A stretch of DNA of 62,974 bases, filler included, from Choristocarpus tenellus KU-1152 (taxonomy: Eukaryota; Protista; Phaeophyceae), in NCBI GenBank assembly GCA_964200185.2. It is 13 parts of 13 records of this genome, joined end to end, with 100 filler letters (N's around TTAATTAATTAA, not from the genome) between each part and the next. Parts side by side here need not be neighbours in the genome. Positions count along the whole stretch, not along the records: positions 13,104 to 21,394 come from CAXNAD020004891.1; positions 21,495 to 25,500 come from CAXNAD020016700.1; positions 25,601 to 31,500 come from CAXNAD020009468.1; 10 more parts are not named here. One strand, 5' to 3'. Both the position numbers and the translations under genes were made by a program. Positions within the stretch are counted from its first letter, which is position 1, and the number at the start of each line of letters is the position of its first letter. This document shows positions 13,551 to 25,754 of this stretch, in pieces. The notes beneath the pieces were generated by a model that saw nothing but the letters and a program-made list of their open reading frames with translations, searched no databases and was not told the DNA's origin.

Positions 13551-15378
13551 TTCACTGATCTCCCAAGCTCGCCAGCACCATCCCCACTGATGCATTTGAC
13601 TGGTATAACTTCCCTGGTCATCTGGTCGATATAAGCAGCGGTTGCGTCCGTCGCTGTGTTTTTTGTTTTTAATCCGTACACCCTCTTGTCTCGGCTGCTC
13701 TCATCAACAAACACCTGAAAATATTGGTGGCCAGTGATGCCTGCTTTAAAAGGTCCCGCCAATTCTGTGTGGACAACCTCGCCGGGCTGCTTGGGGGTCC
13801 TGCCCCCCCATTGATAGCTTAGGGCCTCGGATTTGCATTCCTTGCAGGTCCCGCATTGCAGTTCTGACGCCACAGTAGCGTCCGTGATCTCTACAAGTCC
13901 ACGTTTCTCGATATGCTTTATTAGTGATGGGTTGATGTGTCCCAATATGTTGTACCAGTCCCTCAATGTCAGCCTCTCCTTTTGGTTGGCTTGTGCAGCA
14001 CTGGCTCTCGATTCTTGTTACATGGTGATTATGGTTCCAGTTATATTTTAGAACCCCCCCGATTTTTGTAGGTTTATCTTGGGCGAATTCTTGGAGGCCC
14101 TCAGAAAACTTTCTTTTGTTCCTGAGCCCATAAATTCTCCTCCATTCTGTCGTATACTTCCAGTACTCAATATGCAGCATGGTAGACCTGGGACTCATAG
14201 AACATCCTTCAGAACCACTCTTGTTGGTTGCCGCCCTTGTCTGTCACCATTAGAACCATATCCCCAGTTTCCTTCGCTTCCAATTTCCCATTGTTTCCAA
14301 AGGTGCATGTGCGTTTGGTAGGCTGATTGCTTACGAGGTCTTCACGATCAGGTGTAAGATGTACGTTTGCTCCAGAGTCACACAATATCTCGACTTGTCT
14401 TCCACTGGAGGAGTTGAACACCACACGTTTGTTAACCTCCTCGTCTGCTGTCACCTTGAAACTGGACAAGGAGCGCGCTTGATTTCCGTCGACTTTGTTG
14501 ATGCTCCCACGAGTTGGAGGTGGCGGAAATGTTCCGGGTGCCATCCCAGGCGGACGTGTTGCCGGTGGCTTTCCTTTTAAGTATTGGTAGCAATTCTTCC
14601 ATCGATGGCTCATCCTTCAGCAATATCCACATTGTTTTGAATTGAGGCCGCTTCCAGCTGATCCCCTGGTCTTCCGAGCATGACCGTTGTTGACATTGCC
14701 ATGCATTGCTAATACCCCATCATGACCATCTTGACCTGAGTGAAGGTAAGTTGTTGACGAGATGACTGCCCGTTTGAGCTCCTCTTAGCTGATGTCCGGG
14801 CGCGTTATTAATTGCGCGAACACATGTGGCATATAGCTTCCTTGATCCCAAGCAGTATAGGTGCCTTCTTCATGTTTTCGGATTTGGGCTCCTTGAGCTC
14901 CTCAAATTCCAAAATAGTCGTTCGAGTTTAACGACAAAATCGGTGCTGTCCTGAGACGCTGTGGACCGTAATTCGCGGAGTTTTGCCTCCAACGTGATGA
15001 CTTGTACAGGGATTTCGTCCTCCACTTGTCCACCGTAGACTCGTTCTAGTTCCAACCAAGCTCCTCTGCCGTCTGGTTGACCTCCATTTTCGTATTTGGC
15101 CACAATCATCGATGCTGATCCTTTCGTTATTTGTAGAAGGAGGAACCATAACACCTTGTTATTCTTCAAGTATGTGGCATGTGCCGTATGCACTGCCTCT
15201 CCCGAGATGGTGGTGAGTGTTTTGGGGATCTTGTAGTCCCTCGCCGTAATATCATATAAACCCTTTCCTCCAGCGTAGGTGGTCAGTGACAGTCTCCAAG
15301 TTGACCAGGTCTCCAATGACCTTCCTGTCACCCCCGTCCGGTCTACAAGTTTCTTCAGGTCAGTCTCCATACTATCAA

Positions 15379-15389
15379 GGCTCATAACC
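15379..15389 (-). promoter_or_regulatory. Primer-binding site GGTTATGAGCC (internal tRNAi-Met fragment type), overlapping the gag ATG
   Basis: Lies immediately 3' of the LTR terminal CA; resembles the Drosophila copia PBS GGTTATGGGCCC. Confidence 0.75.
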
Positions 15390-15733
15390 TGTGCAAATTA
15401 GCTTGGGAGGTAATGCTATTTGTCAGTAGTGAAGATAAGAAGGTGTGAAGCCTCATTCGACCCCTTTCGCTGAACGTGAAAAGAATGGATGGTTGAAATT
15501 AGAAGAGTGACCTTTGAGGGGTGTCTTCTCATTGCTTGTTTATTATTATTTGTGCTTCCTACAGAAGTCAACAAATTAAATCAAAGTAGTTTAATGCAAA
15601 CAAAAAAAACTATTAATATTCCATTCATAATTCTGATGTGCTTTCTCATTAGTTACATCACATGGACTCAATCAAAATGACTATCTCTCATACACAAAAT
15701 CAGGTACAACTCACTATTGTCCTATTTTGCACA
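15390..15733 (-). repeat. 5' LTR of the copia element (344 bp)
   Basis: Perfect 8-bp inverted ends TGTGCAAA...TTTGCACA, directly abutting the PBS. Confidence 0.8.
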
Positions 15734-18700
15734 AAGACGACCACCGAGCAAGCTTTCAAGCAAGCTTTCCCTCCCACTGAAGCTCTGCACGTTTAGATAA
15801 AACAATTTAGAAGCAAAACCTTGCCTACCTGAGTTTAGAAAGCCAGAAAGAGGAGAGAGAGGGATCGAAGGAAACAAGGCAAAGTGGGAAGGATTCATCG
15901 GAAGGACGGACGAGGAAAAGGGTGAGGCAGAAAGAAAGAGGTATGAGGGATGGGGGGAACAAAAGGAGTCGAAGGAAGAAGAAGAAAAGAAGGGAGAGCT
16001 AGCAGCAAAAAGAGTGCCAGAGGAGATTGAGCAAGTGAGGAGAGAGTTGGGGATCAGTGTCGAGGACGAGGATGAGAAGATATAGGAGAAGGGGAGGGGG
16101 AGGAAGGGGGAAACAATAAAGGAGATATTGAGTCCAGGCAACTCCAGGCTCTGTCGAAAGCCGTAGCCTAACTAATGGAAAGGATGGACAACATAATGGA
16201 AATTATAAGAGGGCTACACCAAACAAGTACATCAGGACGATTTGACAGGCAAAGAGGGATGGGAGGGGAAGAAAAAACAAAGAATGAGGAAGGATCAATG
16301 ACCTGGTCGACAATGTCAGAGAAATGAAAGAAAATTCACTGATCCTAGTCTGGAAAAGGTCAATGTGAGAAAATATTTCGTCTTGCTAGGATACATTCCC
16401 CTGTTTATTCAGGCAGGCGACGCCAAGGCTACACGGACTGAACCACAACAGATAGTCAACGAGAAAGCCGAAATTTTCGAAACGGTGGCTGAACAACTTG
16501 AGAACATTACAGAGTTTAATGTAAAGGAATTCATACCCAAAAGAGAGTTGGGAAGGAAGACAAGTAAAGGAGACTACGAATTGCCAGATAATTTGGACTG
16601 CTTCGTCGCAGTAGTGAGAGAAATATTCAAATATGGAGAAGGTTGGACGCCGGGAAAGAAGAGGACGAAAAAAGTGGTCGAGAAAGTGGAAGAGGCGAGG
16701 TACAAGGTAAGGACGTTCTATGAGGCGAAAAAACCCACTTTAATTGAACATCCACGGATTGTAGAATTGGTGTATAGGTCAGTGGGGGAGGACCTCGGAG
16801 TTTGGGAAAAATAAATAGCGACAGCATCAGATATTGTTGGAAAAAAATTTAACGCCCCCCCATCCCCCGAGACATGGATACCACAACCCCCGCTCTTGCT
16901 CACCCTACGAGCCTGGAGACTACGTTAAGCCAGGCAAAGAACATGCTGCCCACTCTGTATGGCACTGAGTTGTGGTCAAGATCAATGAAGATGGTGGGAG
17001 TATGGGGAGAACAAAGGTCGTCGAAATCTCCGCGACCCGAGGACAGGAGCAGGGAAGTATCATCAAGTGGAAGGGGGAGGGCTTTCAATCCATGTTACGC
17101 TTTAAAGCAGGGAAGGAGTGCGAATTCCTGAAGAGACAATAGTTTGCAAATTTGACCATTTCCTGGAAGGAGAGGGAGTTATGGGGAAAGGGGACAAGGC
17201 TCAGCCTGACTCTACCAATAAGGGCCCCTGAGGATGCGGGCTCATCCTTGAGAGGGATGGGCCGGCAAAGTGGGACCAGTGGACGTCAGTACTACCACAA
17301 CATGCGCAATGGACGACAGGGATTCCACGGCCAGGCTCCTTACAACGGTCAATCAAAGGTAGAGAGGGAGGGGAAGATAAAGGGAGTGATGGAGTTGAGG
17401 AGTGGTTTGGGGTTTGGGAGAGGATGAAAAGAGAGAAAAGACTTGAGTTGTAGCGACGGAGCTGAATGATCAAGCAAGCAGGGGAGAGGCGTTACTTGAC
17501 GAGTGTGGGGGTGACTTGGCGAAAGTGGTGTTTAGGCTGGGTAAGAGATGGAGCCCTGAACGTTTGAATTGGGAGGGGATTGATAGTCATTTGGGAACAA
17601 GGTATGATTCCCACAGATATAAAGACTCCAACAGGTTGTTCAAACAGGGGTACCAATAGATGTTAAAGGGGAAGGTAGAGTTGACGGGAGGCTGGGGTAT
17701 GGCAACCATAGGAGCGCAAGTAGTCATAGCAAAGCACTTTTAGAAAAAATAGTGGGGGATGTGATTCAGGGTAGAGCACTGGTGTTTCCAAAAAGGACAT
17801 GGGCAAAGACTCCGGGTTTGCAGTTGTCCCCAGTTGGTGTAATACAAGAACCAACGAAAGTTAGGATCATCCATCATTTGTCGTGTCAAGCAAGAGAGTT
17901 GGGGCCCGAGTGTAAATGAACAAACAGATCTGAAAGATGCTCCCCCCTGCATTGTGGAACACAGTATTGGGGGACGTGATTAAGAGGATTGTAGGGCTTT
18001 AGAAGAATTTTCCCAGCGTGAGAATCATGATAAGTAAGACGGATGTCAAGGATTCTTTTTGTCAAGTCCCAGTGGAACCAAGGGGGGCAGCGAGGTTTGG
18101 GTACTGCGTTGAAGATTGATAGTGATTGATATTAGGCTCCAGTTTGTTTGGAAGAATAGCCCAGGGTCGTGGGACCACATATCAAGTGCTCTAGAATTTT
18201 CCCATCTTCGCACAGAACCCCATTCGGCAGTCGTACTCAAGGCAGCGGAAGACATGACTACAGTGGTAAGCCACTCGCAGCAGAGGGTTGAAGGGAGGTT
18301 AGTGAATTAGATGAGACATGGAGGGTTTCCGAAGTGGTAGGGGGGGGAGTAGATGGCCCTTTTTTTGCAAGGATGAATGTAGATGACAGTATTCTAGTAG
18401 AGGCCCAATGATTTTTGAGGATGGGAGGAGATTGAAGTTGGCAACTAACGCCTTAGTTTCGGACCATATACGATTGCTAGGGCAGAGAAAGGCAGAGGAA
18501 CCCCTTATTTTGTCAGCTAAAAAGTTGACGGGATGGCATACCACACAGGTTGTAGTGGGATGGAAGTTAGACACTGAGACAACGACCATTGCTTTACCAG
18601 ATAGAAGGTTGTGGGGCTTAAGCGATTGCTAGAAGAGTGGCAAGAATCGAGGTCTGTAGTCAGATTGTGAGACGTGTGGAAAACATGTCGTATGTTGTAC

Positions 18701-20800
18701 GCCCAGGAAGATTTTTCCTTTGGCGACTGGTGTATCTGTTGGGGCTACACCAGAAGGGGGGTTGGTTGAGAAGGATAGCCCATGGGGGGGGTCGGAGAGA
18801 ACAGAGTGCAGGGGTGAGGGAAGGAAACAGAGAGGTCAGGATAGGTAGGGAGTTTAAAGAAGACTGGTATTGGTGGAGGTAGGTGGTAAAAAGAGGCTTG
18901 GCAGAGAAAGGGGAAAATTTGAGTTCCCCCTTCATGGATTTTGTGATAAGACCACCACTGACGACATGGTATTCTGATACCTGTTTTATACAGCAGTAGA
19001 AGGGTACAATGTGGAGACAGGTAAATGGTGGAGGTATGATTTCCCGGAGCGTGTGAAGAAGGATATCACACGGAGCATTATAAAAGGAGAGGGAAGGAGT
19101 GTATCAATCAACGTACTAGAATTGTTGGAGGTGGTAGTGAATACGTGGTTATTGGTAGTAAAGATAGGGGGAAGGCAAAGAAAAAGGGGGACCCAGTACT
19201 GTTGAGAGTAGACAACAATTCTGCATTTCAGTGGTTCCGTAAGTGTGGGGGGGCAAAAGATAGGAGGGCGGGCGGATTGATGAGGATAATGGGTGTGTTG
19301 GAGATAGCAGGGGAATGGTCGTTTGCAGCAGAACACGTTGCGGGGAAGAGAATGAAATATCAGGTGAAATATCAAGATGGAATAGGGACAGGATTCAATC
19401 TCACCTCCAACATGCTTGTCCACCTGTTGATTGGGCAGGAGCAGCCCCTGGGTCGGGAAGGGGAGATGATGTGTTTGAATGCCCTGCAGCCATGTACGCC
19501 AGAGGATCGGTTGTGCCATCTACCCAGAAGTGTTATTAGACAGCTTGGGAGCAGTGGTTTAAGCTCCGTACATATAGAGGATTGAGTAGGTGGTTAGACC
19601 CCAGAAGTCGAGAATGGGACGTAGTAAAGGCCTTAACTGAGTTCATGTGTTACCGTTGTGGGAGTAAGGGAAACCAAGTAGGTGCAATTAAGGGTAAAAA
19701 TTCAGCAATCCAGTACTACCACAAACAATTCCTAAATTTCCAACTTCCCACGCAACACTTCATGATCTCCTCAGTGTTGAAGGGTATGGGTAGGAGTCAC
19801 ACAAAAACAGGCAGTCAACCTAAAAGGAGGAGACCCCTGACATGGAGAATGGTTGTAGAAACAAAGCACTGTACTGAAATGTGAGGAAGGAAGGGTAAAT
19901 TGACTAGGCTAGGATTGAGGTTTTCGTTCTTTTTCTTAGCAAGAGCATCGGAGCTTTGGGCTTATGATGAAGGGGGGGGGTGCACGGAGATTTTGCGATA
20001 AGGAGGAGAGATGTAGTATGGAGGAGGGGGGTGAAGAGACTAGGGTGGGAGGATAGACACCAAGCAGAAAAAGATGAGGTATTCAGGGGGTCGAAGGGAG
20101 ACAGGGCAGGAAGGGAACAGTGTTGACAGAATTTGAAGTGGAGAAGAGAAGAGGGGAAGATGGTATGAGGGTTTTGAGGTAGTACTAGCAATCATGGAAT
20201 GTTTCGCAGAGCTACCCCCTGATGCCCCACTGATGACATTTAGAGAGGTATTAAGCACGTCTGTAAATACGGAATTAAGGTCTCATATAGAATAATGAAA
20301 AATAAATATAATCACAAAATTTAACTGAGAATAAATTAAGAAAAGAAGTACAAATATAGCAAGCATTATCTATAATAATCAGACTTATCCAACTAGACCC
20401 ATCATCATCATCATCGGTAGATCATGCCTCCATATTAAAAGGAGTGGAAGAATCGGTAGATGATGCCTCTACATTAAAACGAGTGGAAGAATCGGGAGGG
20501 AGAAAGGTGGAGGGTAGTTTGACGAGGGGACAAGCAACATGTATTCTGAGAAGAATAGAAAAAGAGCTCAAGCTGAGACAAGAAGAATATGCTTTGCATT
20601 CGGGGAGGATAGGGGGAGCCACCAGGCTGGCAACCATGGGAGTCTCAGAGAGGGTAACACAGAGGGAGGGGAGATGAAAGTCGAGTGCATTCATGGTATA
20701 TGCCATGGCCAACCAGAGGGACCCGGTGTGGGTTTCGAAGTGTCTAGCAGAGAGTAGGAAGGATTGGGTTCAACTAGGGCAGGAAGTACAGTTTCAAATA
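15734..20800 (+). mobile_element. Tyrosine-recombinase retrotransposon (Ngaro/DIRS-type), degenerate: gag-like, RT, RNase H, YR
   Basis: RT: SPVGVIQEPTKVRIIHHLS, KTDVKDSFCQVPV, DIRLQFVWKNSPG, NVDD (18376-18387). RNase H: WYSD, SINVLEL, LRVDNNSA, EHVAG...ISRW. YR: RRPLTW, FFLARASE, FRGSKGD, LHSGRIGGAT (~20597), QREGR*KSSAFMVY. Boundaries approximate. Confidence 0.92.
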
Positions 20801-20915
20801 GAAGAGAAATCAACTCCGAAGGGGAGGGGAGGTCAAGTTCGGGTGGGGTAGATGTCTTCTAGTTCAAAGGCACAGTATGAAGGGGATGATGAAGGGGTGT
20901 TCTTGGATGATTCTG

Positions 20916-21182
20916 GAGCCAAAGGATCTTAGAGGGTACTACAGCCACGTCCATTTGGGGGCCAAACTCCATTATTGCGATTTCGATGTAATTTTGACTA
21001 TCTTGTTTCGTGGGAAGTGTCAATATCCTTGTTCTGGACGCCCCTTTTCATGACATACATACACATTTTACCTACTGTGAAAACATTTCGGAGTAGGAAG
21101 ATGTCATGGAAAAATCCATGAGAAGCCAAGCCCCAAATGGACAAACAGGGCAAAACTCGTACCATCTAAGATACTTTCACAC
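20916..21182. mobile_element. MITE family A copy
   Basis: Homologous along its length to 13293-13550; flanks TCTG/TTTG (4-bp TSD with one mismatch). Confidence 0.9.
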
Positions 21183-21267
21183 TTTGGAGTGGTGTTGAGT
21201 GGTACGGGGTTGAGTGGGGTTGAAGGGTGTGATAGTAACCGGAAATTAGTGCCGAAAGGGGTCGCAC

Positions 21268-21377
21268 TGGTTGGTCATCGGATAGGAGGGGTGACTGGAA
21301 ATCAATGGCGAAAGGGGTTCGCCTTGGTTGGTCATCAGATATAGGGGGTGACTGGAAATCAGGGGCGAAGGGGGTTT
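21268..21377. repeat. Two tandem copies of a ~56-bp unit
   Basis: tggttggtcatc(g/a)gatagg..ggtgactggaaatca..ggcgaa.ggggtt occurs twice. Confidence 0.75.
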
Positions 21378-22529
21378 GACCCAAAGTATCTGGGNNNNNN
21401 NNNNNNNNNNNNNNNNNNNNNNNNNNNNNNNNNNNNNNTTAATTAATTAANNNNNNNNNNNNNNNNNNNNNNNNNNNNNNNNNNNNNNNNNNNNCCCCTC
21501 ACCCCCCCAAGACACTTTGACAGCGGATAAGGTGGCGACCTTCCGCATGAATTTTGCAGGTTCGAATCCCTTTGACACCAGACTTCTCTTCATGGAAATT
21601 TGGTTGTAACGATACTATTCCTCCATCCTACAAGTCTGTTTAATGTTTGGTCGTTGTGAAATAGCCTCAGAACCTCTGGGAGATGTTCTGCAAACCGGGT
21701 ATCATTCGAAAGCACCAGATTGGCCCGATTTCCACAGTATATATATTTTATTCTGAATGGAATTTATTCCAAAACTCACGTGTTAGTTAAGGCACTTTTT
21801 GGTAAAGTCCTGCCGCGTTTCAAAAGGCTGTATTGCAACTATTACAGAGGGCCGACCAGCCTCTAGCCCATAGTATCCTAGAGAGGGTTCTTTTTTGTAC
21901 AGTTTGTCCATTTGGGCCTTGAAGGGGTGATGTAAGATACCCCAGTTTGATGCCCATTGGTTATGCAATATGTGCTTGCTTTGCCTCCTTGACAACTGAA
22001 CCTTCTGAGAGGTGTTGGTCTGGCTTTCAAGTCTGAGTTCAAGATCTCCATAACCTATGCTTCCAGGTTGTGGAACAAGGCTGTGTAGCAGCTTGCCGCT
22101 GGTCACATGCTCTTTTGACACTAAGAAGAGGTCTTGCACTTTCACAGCTTTCACGGCAGCCTAGGTGCAGTGAATCATCAATTCAACTCTGAGTGCTGAC
22201 ACATGACCGTTTGGCAGCTTGAGTCTTAGCTCAAAGAGTTCAAAGTGAACATCAGAAAATCGGAGCTCCAGCAGTAATTGAGGGCGACGGGGGCAAGGCA
22301 GGTGCACCAGTGCATCGAGCCCAAACGAACGAGTCAACAAAGTCGATAGATTGTGGACAAAGAGAAGGTGGGTTCAACGAAGCTGTAGCACAAGAGCCAT
22401 GTCCCCACCCAGGATTGATATCGGTTGAGTAATTTAGACGAGGTAGGAGTCCAACAATCATTTTTTCATCCACAACCGAGTATCAAATGCTAACTGGATT
22501 CAAATTTCAAATTCAAATCCCCCGTAGGT

Positions 22530-23250
22530 GATGTTCGCTATGCCACACCATGTGCCCCGATCTGGAACACGACTTCGACAGGAAGATCAGCATTTGGCAG
22601 GTTTGTTTCATACAAGAAATATAGATGGCGACCGTGAACCACCTGCAGGGGGACGAGTATGAGGTTGATGTCACCATCAACTAGGAACGGTACCAGCACT
22701 GGTACATCAATGACCTGTTGTCTACCGCCAAAGGAAAAAAAAACCCTTGACCTGACCGCGCAGCAGAAGGGAGCGGCACCATACACGGGTGAGGACACCC
22801 CACAGAAGCTGAAGTTAGGGGGAGGGCAGGGGGGGTGGAGTATCAAGGTTGTATCGCAGCCGGCACAGTTGCTAGACCTCATCAACAATGAGTTAGGCTC
22901 TTTTAACTCCCCCCCAAAAAACGAGTGTGGAGGTAACACTACCATACTGCAAAGGAGATGGTGGTGGGCGTAAATATGCTTTTCGACTAGCACCCCACGG
23001 AGACTTTGGAGTAAGGGTGGCAGGGTCTATACTAGAGGTGTAACCAGGTGTTGGCGGTGTTAAGGAGCAACGATTTTGAGGTAGAACATGAGAAGCCTGA
23101 AAGTCCGTGGAGTAGCGGGTGGCTGAAAAAGTACATGCACATCGATGAGGAGGCGGCAGAGGTGTGGTGGTGTGAGAGGGAGGAGAGCAAGGAGGAAAGT
23201 TGGTTTAGGGAGGAAAAAAAAAGAAGGAATCCATTGCAACAAATCGGTTC
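22530..23250 (+). pseudogene. Tc1/mariner transposase pseudogene (plant/oomycete DD39D-like), catalytic and C-terminal region
   Basis: PDLEHDFDRKISIW (cf. FDGKIGIW), AQQKGAAPYTG (cf. QQDNAxPH), GWSIKVVSQPAQLLDLINNELGSFNS (cf. QPxxSPDLNxxDLGFF), VLRSNDFEVEH; several stops and frameshifts. Confidence 0.8.
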
Positions 23251-24278
23251 CAAATCTGTCATGACTACAAAAAGTTACGACAAAAATTGAACAAACCTAT
23301 AGGACAGAGGAGCATTTCATGTGGCAAGCATAAGGACTATACATCCATACTATTTTGGTGTTTTCTACTGTTCAAAGTCGCTCGCAAGATATATAGTGAG
23401 ATCCTACACAGGGGTATCGCAATTGGGGGGGCACTGAGAACTTTGCCTGCAACAGGGCAGATATCATGCTGGCGAAGCACATGCCCCACCCTCACGATTC
23501 CTGGACACGCTCGGTGGTGCATTATTGGCAAGATCAGTATCCTCACATTCCACAGGTATACGCTTATCGTCTGCAAGGAAGTTTCGGGGGTTGCAACTTG
23601 GTGCTCCAAAAAGGTTGATAGATCAGTTTGGGAAAATGACCTCCTTAGGTTTGGAATCATCTCGACCTGATGGCATCCAATGAAGTAAAGGATTCGTCTA
23701 TATGGCCTAAAAGCTGCGAACTGTGCACAGCGCCGGGTGGTTTCCGTTTTTTTCTCGCGGTTTGAAGTCCTTCTTCTCGAGATACAAGCAATCCCCTACA
23801 GTGGTATCGCAATTGGGGCTCCCCAAACCATCGCAACGAAATGGAACGTGGGGAAGTGAAAGCCTGGGAATAACTTGGGTAAGGGGTTGAATGTGGGAAA
23901 GGAGAAGAAGACAATAATACCAGTTGCTAGCCTTTTGAGTGAAAGGTGCCTAATGTGCCCGGATAGAGGAGCTGAAATTAAGGGCGACCAAGGGATCAAG
24001 AGAGTGAGCTGAGGGATTAGAATGTTGTTGCTCTCCCTGGGACGGAGGATGACTCTCCTCGATTGTTGAAGATTGAGAAGGATGTGGACAAAGAGGTGGA
24101 ATTGAGACATGGCAGCCTGTGTCGATATTTGAAGAGATAGTGAGCCTGCATGAGCTCAAAACACTTGAATGCTTCCAACTCTTCAGTGACCCAAACACTA
24201 GTTGAATACAACGAGGTCTGGAAGACCAACCCCACACAGCAACATGCAGGGACACACATTATTTTGTGCCTGCCATGA

Positions 24279-24547
24279 GAGTGAAAGTATAGGATGTACC
24301 CAGAGTTGCGTTTTTGGGATACTGACAAATTTGTTTAAAGTTTGGCTAATTTACACATGGGCATATTTAGGATATTTCTGAATTCTGTCGAAAATTTTCA
24401 AACACTAGAGAAATCAACTCTCCCAAGTCAAACTTAAAACTTCATCCATAGAGTAACAAAAAATATGGGTGAATTGCAAAAGATTGAAAAATTGGCTTAA
24501 AATACAAAAACGGCCAAAAACCTGGTACCTCTCGTTTACTTTGGCTC
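24279..24547. mobile_element. MITE family C copy (Sola2-like)
   Basis: Ends GAGTGAAAGTA...TACCTCTCGTTTACTTTGGCTC; flanks ATGA/ACGA; reverse-orientation homolog of 59599-59847. Confidence 0.8.
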
Positions 24548-25149
24548 ACGAACAGAATGGACCAAATGTCTGTGTTCTTTTTACAGTTTCATACCTTATA
24601 CGCCAAGCACTAAGTGTTTCACCACTAGCCTGACAGTAGTTACTGTATTTCTCGAGTCCTGTGTTACACCCAACAGCACGGCATAGACCCACACAAGCAT
24701 CTTAACGCAATATACTCTCTGCCAGCAGAAGATTTCTTGTGTACAATTGAGGGATACAGTCACCTTTCCCACCAATGTGAAATTTCCACCCCATTCCAAC
24801 AATCTCAAACCACCCGTAGTAGCTTCATACCATGTGCTACCTATCGAAAAGATAATTTCCCACTCATATTTTATCTATCCGATTTGAGCAAGAATTGTAA
24901 AAAGTTAAGGACATTCCTGCTAACTAGTTCCATCCGTAAACGTCGCGGTATAACAGTGGTATGAGAAGCAGTGCAGTGTAGTGTAGTGTAGTGTAGTGTA
25001 GTGTAACAATTAGTGATGTGGGATGTAGTACATTGCGAAGTGACTCTGACCATCAGTCAGGATTATCCTTGGACTAGCATGACATAAAATATTTGTGATC
25101 ATAACAATAGTATACTATTAGGCTCTACGTAGTGTCAAATTAGAGCTTA

Positions 25150-25500
25150 TGATGTCGCCTCATCCACCAGGGCGTTTGGGGGGGAGCTTGCCTGCCTTCT
25201 CAGTCTTTCTTTGCTGAGATGGAGAGTTTTGAACATGCTATCACCCTTGGACCCCAGAACTTCACCATAGACTGAAAAGAGGCTCTGCCAGACTTGCTCT
25301 AGTGTCTATCAGGGGTATACATCAAACACCTCTCTCTTGTCGCTTCCACCGGCTCCTCTGTGTTGGTCACCCCCACGTTTTCCTTCATTTGCTGGATGGA
25401 ACGAAAGAATCCCAGGCCGCTGGCATTGAGGTGAGGTGAGTTGGCTGGCTGTGTCTCATGACCATATCATCCCCCGCTGTGTTTCCTTGATTGCCTCCAT
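25150..25500 (-). pseudogene. Second mariner (DD39D-like) transposase pseudogene, C-terminal part, cut by contig end
   Basis: ETQPANSPHLNASGLGFFRSIQQMKE...VFDVYP**TLEQVWQSLFSVYGEVLGSKGDS. Confidence 0.85.
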
Positions 25501-25754
25501 NNNNNNNNNNNNNNNNNNNNNNNNNNNNNNNNNNNNNNNNNNNNTTAATTAATTAANNNNNNNNNNNNNNNNNNNNNNNNNNNNNNNNNNNNNNNNNNNN
25601 TTTTTTTTTTTTTTTTTTTTTTCCCCCCCCCCCCCCCTCCCCACACCAACTGTGTCCTATGCTTGCCTGGTATCTTTCTCTCACCCTGCTATTTGCTGGA
25701 ATGTTCAATTCTTTGCCTACCTCCCCATTTCATTTATTTCATGTTGTCGCAAAG

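Larger units (their letters stand above)
13104..15733 (-). mobile_element. Ty1/copia LTR retrotransposon, 5' half (LTR, PBS, gag, zinc knuckle, protease, integrase), with frameshifts and stops
   Basis: gag ORF 14870-15385 (DGRGAWLELERVYG); CCHC knuckle CGYC*RMSHRWKNC; protease LCDSGANVHLT; HHCC region LGHIN...CGTC; integrase FVDESSR, SGDGAGE, PQSNGITERA. Confidence 0.95.

Noticed and set aside
21378-21522. Family-B MITE halves on either side of a linker, suggesting the two contigs are truly adjacent
   Set aside because: The flanks do not form a matching TSD, and the family is common enough for coincidence
21783-22154. 123-aa minus-strand ORF
   Set aside because: No recognisable motif or convincing splice sites; left uncalled
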